Assembly: GCF_016432865.1 (NCBI RefSeq)
Contig: NC_067398.1
Span: forward strand, 724,222,001-724,286,000
DNA length: 64,000 bases
Direction: 5' to 3'
From: Antechinus flavipes
Lineage: Eukaryota
Below, piece by piece: positions 51,001-64,000 of the stretch (the first letter of the stretch is position 1; every line of letters begins with the position of its first letter). Made by a program: the position numbers and the translations under genes. Below the pieces are notes generated by a model. The model made no database searches. It was not told the DNA's origin and saw nothing but the letters and a program-made list of their open reading frames with translations.

Positions 51001-52190
51001 GAATTTTGATTATATCAAATTCAAAAGTTTTTGTAAAACAAAACAAACGTAGACAAGATTAGAAGGGAAACAATAAACTGGGGAAACATTTTTATAGTCA
51101 AAGGTTCTGATAAAGACCTCATTTCCAAAATATATAGAGAATTGACTAATTTATAAGAAATCAAGTCATTCTCCAGTTGATAAATGGTCAAAAGATATGA
51201 ACAGACAATTCTCAGACAAAGAAATTAAAACTATTTATAGACATATGAAAATATGCTCCAAATCATTATTTATCAGAAAAATGCCAATTAAGACAACTCT
51301 GAGATACCACTACATACCTGTCAGATTGACTAGAAGGACAGGGAGAGATAATGCAGAATGTTGGAGGGGATGTGGGAAAACAGGGACACTGATACATTGT
51401 TGATGGAATTGTGAACACATCCAGCCATTGTGGAGAGTGATTTGGAACTATGCTCAAAAAGTTATCAAATTATGCATACCCTTTGATCCAGCAGTGTTTC
51501 TACTGGGCTTATACCCCAAAGAGATACTAAAGAAGGGAAAGGGACCTGTATGTGCAAAAATGTTTGTGGCAGCCCTGTTTGTAGTGGCTAGAAGCTGGAA
51601 AATGAATGGATGCCCATCAATGGGAGAATGGTTGAGTAAATTATGGTATATGAACGTTATGGAATATTATTGTTCTGTACAAAATGACCAGCAGGATGAA
51701 TACAGAGAGGATTGGCAAGACTTACATGAACTGATGCTAAGTGAAATGAGCAGAACCAGGAGATCATTACATACCTCAACAACGATACTGTTTGAGGATG
51801 TATTCTGATGGAAGTGGATCTCTTCGATAAAGAGAGCTTTAACTGATCAAAGATGTATAGAAGCAGCTACACCCAGAGAAAGAACACTGGCAAATGAATA
51901 TAAACTGCTTGCATTTTTGTTTTTCTTCCCGGGTTATTTCTACCTTCTGAATTCAATTCTCTCTATGCAACAAGAAAACTGTTCGGTTCTGCACACATAT
52001 ATTGTATCTAGGATATACTGTAACCTATTCAACATGTAAAGGACTGCTTGCCATCTGGGGGAGGGGGTGGAGGGAGGGAGGGGAAAAATCGGAACAGAAG
52101 TGAATGCAAGGGATAATGCTGTAAAAAATTACCCTGGCATGCGTTTTATCAATAAAAAGTTATAAAAATAAATAAATAAATAAATAAAGG
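45079..52190 (+). mobile_element. Full-length (~7.1 kb) decayed L1: 5'UTR, ORF1 (~46296-47420), ~500 bp spacer, ORF2 (47922-51808), 3'UTR, A-rich tail
   Basis: 5' G-run plus aaaatggcgga; ORF1 NLRIIGLP and YPAKLS; endonuclease TINVNGMNSPIKR; [16 protein letters not shown]; multiple stops and frameshifts; flanked by agaacagggaatgtc. Confidence 0.95.
45796..46498. repeat. Perfect inverted repeat: 238-bp arms (45796-46033 / 46261-46498), 227-bp spacer
   Basis: Base-by-base comparison shows no mismatch; the ORF track gives the same peptide on both strands. Confidence 0.95.
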
Positions 52191-52195
52191 AAAAA

Positions 52196-52562
52196 GATAA
52201 AGAGATCTAATTCAGTTTCAATTGATCAAGCATGGATAGAAGCAGCGACACACTGGGAAATGAATATAAACTGCTTGCATCTTTGTTTTTCTTCCCGGGG
52301 TTATTTCTACCTCCTGAATCCAATTCTCCCTGTGCTACAAGAGAACTGTTCGGTTCTGCACACATATATTGTATCTAGGATATACTGTAACCTATTTAAC
52401 ATGTAAAGGACTGCTTACCATCGGGGAGGGGGTGGAGGGAGGGAGGGGAAAAATCGGAACAGAAGTGAGTGCAAGGGATAATGCTGTAAAAAATTACCCT
52501 GGCATGGATTCTGTCAATAAAAAATTATTTAACAAATAAATAAATAAGAGGGAAAAAAAAAA
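52196..52562 (+). mobile_element. Second short L1 3' end directly after the tail of the full-length L1
   Basis: Diverged copy of ~51826-52190 with its own AATAAA and A-tail. Confidence 0.85.
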
Positions 52563-54237
52563 GAACAGGGAATGTCAAAGTTGGGAAGATTCTTAGAAGA
52601 GGGAATGTCAGAGCTGGGAGTGCTCCAGATAAAATGTTTCTACATGACATGTGCTTTCCTTCCAACACGGTTTAGGGCCTGACTCATGTGAGCAAGGCCC
52701 TCTCCCAAGCTCTCAGGGACCTCCAGGGATCTGAAAGACCTGTCTACTGCTGTGCCCAGGAACATGTGACACCCCTGCATCACTCGCTTAGGGCCCATTT
52801 GACTTCATAAGACACCTAATCCCTTCATTGTCTAACCAGCAAAGGAGCCGGGGACCTGGTCCTCTGAGCCCTGACATCCCTTGTTCTGAGGCCCCTCCCT
52901 CCTCTGACACTCCCTGTTCTAAGGTCCCTTCCACCCTGACATTCCCAGTTCTGGGGCTGTTCTCAGAGTTCTAAGATCTCTTCCAAGTCTGGCTTGGACC
53001 AGGTATCGGGGCAGCAAGAAAGCCTAATCTTGGACTGAGGGGCTCAGCTTTGAATCCCAGTTCCGACATTTTTGTAGCTCTAATCCTGGCCCAGCTCATC
53101 TGTGAAATGAGGATTTTGATGTATTCCCTGAGTCAGGGCTGTGAATAAGATGCTTTGCAATGTGACTTATCAGTATGGGATTGGAACTTAAAGGACCCCT
53201 TGGAGATGGGGAGAGGAGAGGGAAGGGAGCAGGGGAGTCAATATGTGAAGGGGGAGGTGTGGGGACTCTGACTTATGTTCATAAGGCCCCTAGGATTGTT
53301 TTAGCTGTGGAAAATACACCTCCCCCCACCCCAGAAGTAGTAGGAGAGAAAGAAAGTTTCCATCTTTGGAGGCAGGGAGGCCAGTGGAGGCTGGCTGGTT
53401 CTGGGTTTCTAGCCAGAATAATCCAAAAGCACCCCTGAAAGGAGAGAAGAAAATGCATTGTATTTCAAAATAGCAGCAACTTTTTCCATATATTGGAAAT
53501 GTTGCCATTTAATGTCATTATTTCCTTAGTGGCTATTAAATATATTTTCTTTACATCTTCTTTAGCTTTTATCACTTTATACGTATCTGTTTCCATTTCT
53601 ATGAATTCCTCATGTTTGCTTCTTAAAGCGTCTTTACCTTGCATTAGTCACATGCTGCAGCTTCTTCACCAGATTCCCTTATTGGGAAAATTGGATGCTT
53701 CCAATTTTACAAAATTACAGGCATTTCTGCTGAGAATGTTTGTACAAGTCATTTTTTAATGAAATTTTTGGTATATTTTTATTTATACATAAAAATAATT
53801 TCTAACAGTTTTTGAAAATATTTAGAGTTTCCTCTCCTTTCACTTCACTGAAAAGGAAAACAATTTCAGATAGTTCTTACAAGTGGAATCAAGAAAAACA
53901 TATTATCCATGTTGTGAAATAAAATACAGATCAAAAGAAAAAGAAGGAAAGTGTTTTTTTAAAAACTATGTTTCTGTCTGCATTCAGACTTCATCAGATC
54001 TTTCTCCGGAAGTGGAAAGCACTGTTCATCATGGGTCCTTTGGAATTGTCTGGGATAGTTGTATTGCTGAGAAGAGCTAAGTAATTCACATTTGATCATA
54101 CTGTGTACTATGTTTTCCTACTTCTATTCACTTCGCTTTGTTTATCCATTCAAATAAATATTCCCAGATTTCTCTGAAACCATCCTATTTTTCCATTCTT
54201 GTATCTCTATAGTATTAAATGACAACCATATATCACA

Positions 54238-54990
54238 ATGGGTTTTTGTTGGATGCTCATGGTCTGCTATGACTCTCCTTCCCCCAGTGCTCGGGCCTCA
54301 GTCTCCCCCGGAGCCCTCCCTCCCCCAGCCGTGACCACGACCTCCTTAAGCCCGGTTCTGCTTAGGTCACCCCACTCTTCAGTGCCCGCCCGTGGCTCCC
54401 TGTTACTGCCCCGATCCAACAGCGCTTTGGAAATGTTCCGTCTCCTCCCAGGTCAGGGGCTGCTTTTATGACATCAAGAGCCGCACTTGACCAGGGAACA
54501 AATAGAAGGAAATGCTTCAGAAAGGATGCGGCTGGTGGATGTGGAGGGCCGCAGGACCTGCCTATTCTCCTCCCACCCCGGGGGGGTGGGGGGGGGAGTG
54601 GGGGGGGGGGGGGCCGCTGCAATTACCAGACGATGCTAGTTTGAGATGCGAGGGGAGGGTCGGTGTGGGAAAGCCCGAGGCCGCGGTTTGCTGGCGAGGG
54701 GAAAGGCTGAACCTGAAGTCCGGAGCAGCTCCCGGGGGGTTTCCTGGAGAGGAGGGAGGGAAAGTAAGTGGAGGGGAAGGGAGGCGGGCTCAGGTCGGGT
54801 CTTACCTCCGGGTCACTCTCTGTCCGCCTCTGTCCCCTAATCCCGTGAATCAGCCTTGGCGGGGGCTGGGACTTGATGGCTGTCAGCGAGCGTCAGTGCG
54901 TTAAGCGGAACAGGGCCGCGCTTCCGAGAGTGCGTGAGTCCAGTCCGGGCTGGAGCTTTAGGGGTTCAGCCATATACCCCTAAGGTACTA
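54238..54990. promoter_or_regulatory. Upstream CpG-rich module, copy 3 (inverted, truncated)
   Basis: Reverse complement of ~850-1592. Confidence 0.6.
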
Positions 54991-55025
54991 TGTGTCAATG
55001 GTGTTACTAGGCATCAGTGAGCTAT

Positions 55026-55685
55026 TGTTTTGACCTGGGTGAACCTTGAACTGTCCGCTTGACTTTTGGGGTGAACTCTGAAACTCGGCTGTGACAGAGA
55101 CCCCCCCCCTCAGGGCAGTTAAGTGTCCTGGCATTCTGTTATCTCAGGGGCTACCCCCTCTATTAAGTAGCTCGCACTTGGGCGGTCTCAGCTGGAGATC
55201 GGGACTTGTTATTTCTGTGGAGCAGCTGCACCCCCTAGTGAGTTGACTATTAGTCCAGGACCACTCCTAGCAGCTGGAATTTATGGCGTCAACTGGAAAT
55301 CTAGGCCTGGGGGCAGTGACAACATGGAAGGAATCTCATCCAATAGAAACCTCACTGTCAGATTTCTTATTTAAAAACAAACAAACGTTTTCAACTCCAA
55401 ATCCTTGCAGAAGTCTGAGGTAGGAATTGTGCTTTTTTTCCCCGCTTGGCCCAGCTGCCTACCAGGACTCGCGCCCGCTGTGAAGAGACCTCCGAGAAAA
55501 CCCCTCATCTCTCTGCCAGGACCTTGTCATTCAGAAGCCTGTCTTCCTAGCAAAGGTGGCCTTTCTGGGCCAACAATAAACGCCCCTTTCCTCCTTCAGA
55601 CTTTTCGGGTAATGACGACCACAGGCGATTCCCACAACTCGCGCTGCCGGGAACGGCGGCAGTACCAGTGGGGCAGGAGGTATCA
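55026..55685 (+). mobile_element. Putative solo LTR immediately upstream of the gene C promoter, sense orientation
   Basis: Insertion absent from the paralogs; TG..CA ends; CCAAT 55340, TATA-like tatttaaa 55369, AATAAA 55575; no TSD found. Confidence 0.6.
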
Positions 55686-55689
55686 ATGG

Positions 55690-56480
55690 GGCTATTACAG
55701 ACCGGCAGCTCTGTGTCAGTGGTTTATCAGGATCACCGAGCTAGGTTGTCTCAGTGCTACCGAGGCTCTAGGAGACGTTTGTATCCTTGTAGCCCGTGGT
55801 AGAAAACTCCTGGGCGCGTGCCCTGTGGCTCCGCCCCCCGCCTGGGGGCCGTCCTCCCCGCCCCTCCCTCCTCCCTCCTCCCTTCCTGACTCAGCGCCGG
55901 CCACCCCGAGATCACGCGAGCGTGACTTCCCCGAAAAACTGCTAGGATTGAAAGGTCGGGGGCGGGACACGGCAGCGGCGGCGTCTGCGGCTCAAAGTTC
56001 CAGGCGCCGCACGGAGGAGACTCCGTGCGTGAAAGGGGCAGGATTCCGCCTTCCTCAACTGCAGCCCACGGAGAAGGGGCGTGGCCGAGAAGGCCCCGCC
56101 TCCAGAAGCCAGCCAATGGGTGCTCTCCCAGCCCAGGGAGCGATAATACGAATGCGGAAGTTTCTGCTAGATCCAGAGGCAACTAAAGTCTCAGATCCGC
56201 GAGTGCGGCGGCGCTGATCCGGGGTCCGGGACAAGGTGAGGCGCCTGGGACGCCCGCCCCGCCCCTGCCCCTCCCCTGCCCCTCCCTGGCTCAGTAGTCT
56301 GGTCTCTGAAATGGGGCGAAGGTCCTGCAACGACCGCCCCGCCCCTCCTTCCTTTCTGCTGCCCTTCCCTCCGTCTCCCTTCCCTTCTCCTCTCTTTTTT
56401 TGCCCTTTCATTTCCCCCCACTCCCACTTTCTTTCCCCTCTTTCCTCTTCTTTCCCCCTCCGCTCCCCAAATCCCTCTCT
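55690..56480 (+). promoter_or_regulatory. Gene C CpG-island promoter and exon 1 (ends at 56235, AAG|GTGAGG)
   Basis: Reverse complement paralog of the other promoters. Confidence 0.85.
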
Positions 56481-56941
56481 CTGACGCGGATGGCCTGGGG
56501 CTCCCACGTTCCCTCCTCTCTAATTATTCCTCTTCCGCCACCCTCTACCCTGACCCACGCTCCCTCCCTCCGCCCTCCTTAAAGGCGCCCTCCTGCATCC
56601 TCTCATCTGCCCTCCAGGTGTCACTGTCCCCCCTCCCCCCATGACCAGCCGTTTCCCAGGACTGCTCTGGGGAGTTAAAGGGGAGGAAAATCTAGACTTT
56701 GTTTTGTCCCTGGCAGTCCTGGCAGCCCAGAGCGCAGGGAGGTATACAGTAGGCATTTCATCAATGCAGGCTCAGTTGATCCGAGCTCAGGAAATAGACA
56801 AGCCTCCCCCTGGGGTTTGTGTGAGCAGGGAGGACTGTGGGTTCTCCAAAGCAGAGGGAGGTTTGGGAGCTGGGAGGGGCAAAAGGCCAACCCTGTTCAT
56901 GGCTCCTTGTTCCTTTCTAGCTCAGCCTTCAGGGACCCCAC

Positions 56942-57007
56942 ATGCCCGGTGCAGAGGAGAGCAGGGCCATCCTGGGCCCTACGTTCCTCACCATTAGTCT
57001 CCCCCAG
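56942..57007 (+). CDS. KZNF gene C, coding part of the start exon (exon 56921-57007): MPGAEESRAILGPTFLTISLPQ
   Basis: ATG, donor CAG|GTGAGT, phase 0. Confidence 0.85.
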
Positions 57008-58098
57008 GTGAGTAGCGCCATCCCCTTCCTGACAGGTGTCCTAGGTCCTAGAGGGCAGGCAGATCCTTTCTCCAAAGCTCTCACTCCTCAGGCACCTGAG
57101 ACCTTTCCGTCACCAGGTCCCAGTGCTTTGAGTCCTTCCTGTGGGCCAGGGTCACAGATAAAATCCTCCACTTGTGTTCGTGGCTTTTCCTTTCACCATA
57201 TATTAGTGTGTGACTCCTCCATGCTTCCTGGGGTCCGCCCAGACTCGCCGGGTTTCTGTTCCTTGCACATGACCCCCCCCTCCTCTGCTTTGGTTTCCCG
57301 TCCCTGGTTAGAATGTTTTTCTCCCCTCACTTCGCCCCTTTGGGAGTCTCTGGCTCATTGTTCCAGCTTCGGCTCAAGCCCTGCCTTTCCCAGATCCCCT
57401 TCTTCCCCTCAGTTGCTCAGTGCCTTGCCATCCCCAGGCAGGACTGTTCTTGGGCTTGTTGTCTCCCCCAGTGGACTGGGAGCTCCCTGAGTCAGGGACT
57501 GTCTTTGCTCTTTTTTGTAGCCCCAGGAATTAGCCCAGAGCTTGGCCCAGGGGAGACCTCTCTGAGTGCTTATTGACCTGAAAAAGAGGCTCTGGCTCAG
57601 CCTGAGGCTCCTAAAGGCTTTGCTTTCAGATTGTGCAATGATCAGCTAGGCCACACTTAGTTCTTCTCAGCCATGTGGTGATCCAAGGCAGTTCCAATGG
57701 ACTTGGGTTGGAAAATGTCATTCATATCCAGAGAGAAAGCTCTAAAGACTAAGTGAGGATCAAAACAAAGTAGTATTTTCACTTTTTTTCTTGTGGTTTT
57801 TCCCCTTTTTTTCTGATGTTTTTCCCCAATAAGATTCATTGATTGTATATGTTCAGTCCTATATAGATTTTATTTATATGGGATTGCTTGTTGTCTTGAG
57901 TAGGGGAGAGGGAGAAAGCAATTGGCCCTCAAAATCTTACAGAAATGAATTTTGAAAACCGTCTTTACTTGTATCTGCAAAAATAATGTATCATAAAAAT
58001 AACAAGCAAGAGAAAAAATATTTCCTTTGAATATGTTCTCTGACCTTTGAATAGAGTGAGAATCAGCCCTTCCTCTCCCTTTCCCCGTCCTTGACTGA

Positions 58099-58398
<300 letters not shown>

Positions 58399-58688
58399 TA
58401 ATTTCTCCCTGGGGTGATCTTCCTTCTTGTCTGAGAGACTTGTTAAAGTCCCAGGGCAAGGACTTGGGCATGAAAGCCCCCAAATATCTCAGAATAGAAT
58501 GGACTAAATGAGTTCTTTGTCTTTCTGAACCCAATTCCATGATTTGTCCCATCTCTGCATCTTTCCAAGAAAAAACCAGATCCCCCTTCTCCTTCACAGC
58601 CTCCCTGGCCTTTTAAGCTTGCTCCTAGGGGTCTTTGGAGATTGGGCTGTGAGGTGGCCCTTCCTTTCCATCACTTTCTCATGACTAG

Positions 58689-58784
58689 GTCTTGTGGAGT
58701 CCAGTGGGGACATGATCTCTCAGCTGGAGTCAGGGAGAGCACATGGGATTCCCATGGATAGTGTCTCAAGAGCTTGCTGGTTAG
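58689..58784 (+). CDS. KZNF gene C, KRAB-B exon (96 bp)
   Basis: GLVESSGDMISQLESG; AG/GT boundaries. Confidence 0.9.
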
Positions 58785-59458
58785 GTGAGTGAGTGATCCA
58801 GAGTATGTGACCCCTGTGTGAGAACCCTCTGAAAACGGGCACCTTGTGATCCTGGAGGTAACCCTTTTGGTCCTGAACCCTTCTCCCACTCATAGGTCTT
58901 GGAGGTAATTTTCCTCCACTCCTCTAGTTTGTTTGGATGATGTTGCCTTTTTATACCAAAGTCACTTGGTAGGAACAGGTGGAAATGATTCAGTTCTATT
59001 GGTGCTTTCTTTATGAGCAGTACTGTTACTCTGTGGATGGAAATTTGAATTGATTTTATGTTTTTGGAAAGCCAAGAGTGTAAGAGTGACACAGAGCTTC
59101 CTCTTGGACTTAGTGGTCACACTGTCAGGACTCCCCCAGGTGACTTTCAGGTTAGAATTTTCCTTAAAAAATACTTTAAGCTATTTTGTATCTGTTGATG
59201 TACAGGAACCAGCAGTTGTTCCTGCTTTCATTAATTTTTTTCCATTTTTTCCATGTTCACCTAATTTAATATTGTTAGGTTATAAGAAAGAATAAACCTG
59301 GTGAATTCAAAGAAATTGTGGAAATCAGGATCAGGATTGATTTCAATTCACGTGGAAAAATGTTTATAGTGCTAATAACTGATGGAATATTGGGGAAAGT
59401 GAAGTGTACAGAAAAGCTTATTCAGTCAATGAAAAAGCATTTCTGCTTTTCCTTTCAG

Positions 59459-61130
<1,672 letters not shown>

Positions 61131-64000
61131 TGACATCAGAGAATAGATGCCAGAGAGAAATCTAGGAATATAATTAATGGGGGAAAGCAGTCCCTCTTAT
61201 CAAAGCACATCCTCAGTATTATAGAGCTCATGATGGAGAAAAACCTCATTAACTTAACCATTGAAGAAAAACACTCTAGTGGACTGATCCGGATCAAAAT
61301 ATAATTTGAAAATACTTGAGGAAATAAATTCACAATAAAAAAACAGAAGACATTAGTCTATTGGTTGTCTTAGTCAATATAGAGGATGATACGATAGTCT
61401 TTAGAATGTTGATATTTTGCCTCCTCATTTTCCTTGCTGAGATCATCTTGTTTCAGTTCATCTTTGTTTGCCCAGAAGGAAGGGGTTCTTGTTGGATTGT
61501 TCCCCATGTTTTTATTATAAAATCATGGGCTTAGATATAGAAGGGAGTCCCTGGAGACTAGCCTTCTGTTTTTGCAGATGAGGAAAGCAGGCACAGATAA
61601 GTAAATGATCTTCTCAGGCTCACACAAGAACGGCTTTTAAAGTCGAGTTGCATTTTGTGCAGAGCATTAGAAGTCAAGTATTTGATCCTAGAAGAAATAG
61701 GGAGCACTAGAATTTCAAGTAGAGGGGCAGTGGAGTGGGACAGTCGTACCTGTTCTATAGGAAAATCACTTCAGTGACTTGTAGAGGATGAACTGAAGTG
61801 GGCAGAGATTTGGGACTGGAGATTCAACTAGGAGGAGACTTACAAAGTTCAAGTAAGTGAGCAGAAGGATCTACATGAAGTAGGGAAATGGAAGGAGACC
61901 TGTGAGAAGATCTGTGGAGTCAGAAAGGAGGAGATTTAGCCACTGAGTGGGTAGAGTCAAGGGCGACATTATTAATGGGCAATAATATTAATATACTAAA
62001 ATCAATCTGATTCCTATGTTTCTCCCCACTAGGCTCCCCCCACTCCTCTTTCCTGTGATAGTATCTGGAGTTATCATATAAGCAGGTCATTTCATCAACT
62101 TTCTCTCTCATTACACCAATAGCTGTTCAATCAGTAAGTCACAGTGAATTGGGCCCTTCTTCTATACCAGGCCTTGGACAAAGTACTTGAGAGACCCAGA
62201 AAGGCCAAAGCACAGGCTCCTTTCAAGGGGGTGACCAGGTGCATACTGGACCCCCAGGGAGCAGGTGTGAGGATCCCTGGCTTCCTTTGAGCTCAGCTTC
62301 AAAGCCCCTCCCTTCTGTAAGGAGCTTTTTCCTGGTCCCTTTTAAGGCCAATGCTTCCTCCCCTCCTAACTCCCCTCACAGTCCCTGTGTTTTGTTTCAT
62401 TTGTATGTTTCCATTTATAAGTTGTACCCTGATGTGTCCACCCTGTATAGATCCCCTAAGCTTTCTTCAGGGCAGCATCTGGGTTTTACCATGTTTATAT
62501 CCTCAATGTTGAACACAGTGCCTGGCATCCAGCAGGCACTAAATAAGTGCTGGTTTTCCTGAGTCAGCTTAGTCCTGAGGGAAGCCTGGCAGATTGTATC
62601 TCCTTGGAGACTTTATCTGAACCAGCATTACTGCTGACTTCCCTCTTCCCCCGCCGTCATTCACCCCAGCCCCGAAACATCCCCAGTCCAGATATCTTCT
62701 CAGATATCCCCTACTCCAACCTCCCCCCTGTTCCTAATTTCCCTATCAAAGGCAGTGCTATCCTCCTACTCACCTAGACTTTTTAAATCTAGGAGTCATT
62801 CTTGCTTTCTTACTCCCTCACTCCTCCTCTTCCCACAGTTAATCTGTTGCCAATTCACATCAACATCCACCCTCAGCCAGGGAGAAGCTCTAGGGACTTC
62901 CCTGCCTGAGTCATTTCCCCCTTTGTCCCAGTGTCCAAGTCCCAAAACTAGGAAATGATGTTTTGCATTTTCCTTCCATGTTCCAGGCCAAGCTCATGGG
63001 ACCAAAGAAATTGGAGTTTCTTAAGAGCCTCATTTTACCTGCTTGAATGTTTCTCTTCCTGATCCAGGGGCACATATATATCTCTGTGTCATCAGCAAGG
63101 GACAGCAGGGACTCTGGGCTGACACAGGCTGTTATATTGGGCAAAAATCCATCATCATTTTCTTTCCATCACAATTCTGGGCAGGACTGATTATGAAGTG
63201 GCAAGTTGATAACAGACCCATGGTCTAGAAGACTTGTGGTCTTGATGTTCTCACACTTGTAATATTTCTGCAGTCCTTGAAGGCTTGCAAAGAGCTGGAT
63301 GTATTATCACAGGTGATCCACAATCACCTCTGTGAAGTAGGAGCTAGCATTGTCTCCATGTCATGGATGGGGAAAGTCTCAGAGCTAGTAAGTGTTTGAA
63401 GTAAGTTCTAATCTGAGTTTTTTCTAACTCCCATTTTAAAACCTTTATCCCTGATTCCTCCTCTCTGCATCTTGTGTTAACTTTGGGCTATGCAATCCCA
63501 CCCTGACAACTTGCAGCTCAGAGTGAGTCTAAGTGCTATCACTGGCCATGAATTACTTGGGAATCCCCTTGCCTTCCCACTCCCACTGCCCCATCCCAAT
63601 AACCGAGTATTAGAGATGTATAACAGTATCCCAGAGATGCAAGGACACTGCAAGGTCCTCCCTTTCACAGGACAGAAATCCCTCTTCATGAGGACTCTTC
63701 CATAGACAGGCAATTTCACTGGCCCCAGCAGCCCAACATAACCCCAGTGACTGTTCTTGAGAAGTAACCAATCTTGGAGGATTATAAGAAACTTCAAAAG
63801 GCATCCCACCTAATCTGTACTAGAAAGGGAATCCCAGCTTCAGAATCCCCTACACAATGTCAGCTTCCACTTAAAGGCTCAGTGAGGGATACCTCCCCAC
63901 CTCCTCCATTTTACCTCACCTCCTTGTATTTTAGATCAGCTCTAATTGTTGGGAGATTTTCTTCCTGTCATATTGAACTCTACCCTTTGCCACCTTGATC

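Noticed and set aside
55405-56217. 270-aa ORF and other GC-rich ORFs in the CpG islands (e.g. 9755-10396, 28326-28871)
   Set aside because: Low-complexity, not conserved in frame among the paralogous promoters, and crosses TE boundaries

Overview
Eukaryotic, repeat-rich mammalian DNA, most likely marsupial (inferred from the ~500 bp L1 ORF1-ORF2 spacer, RTE LINEs and a MIR-core/RTE-tail SINE; the species cannot be determined). The window is a young KRAB-C2H2 zinc-finger (KZNF) gene cluster built from five paralogous copies of one unit: CpG-island promoter, non-coding exon 1, start exon, KRAB-A (127 bp), KRAB-B (96 bp) and ZF exon. Three copies have intact spliced ORFs: gene A (minus, 591 aa, 13 ZF), gene B (minus, 578 aa, 13 ZF) and gene C (plus, 582 aa, 10 ZF; inverted copy, head-to-head with B). 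Unit 0 is the 5' end of a gene running off the left edge, and unit 1 is a decayed 5' fragment. The units are interleaved with a class I ERV provirus, a gag-only betaretrovirus-like ERV, solo LTRs, a full-length decayed L1, RTE/L1/MIR fragments and a 33-bp minisatellite. Main points: (i) the same ERV integration is a full provirus with an intact sense poly(A) signal in the dead unit, a solo LTR with a mutated signal in intact gene A, and absent in B and C; (ii) diagnostic markers group the paralogs incompatibly, implying recombination or gene conversion; (iii) DNA-contact residues diverge strongly while KRAB is nearly fixed; (iv) an LTR next to the gene A CpG island is about ten times richer in CpG than its relatives; (v) there is a perfect 238-bp inverted repeat inside an otherwise decayed L1. 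No prokaryotic features, CRISPR arrays or RNA genes were found. All alignments and counts were done by eye.
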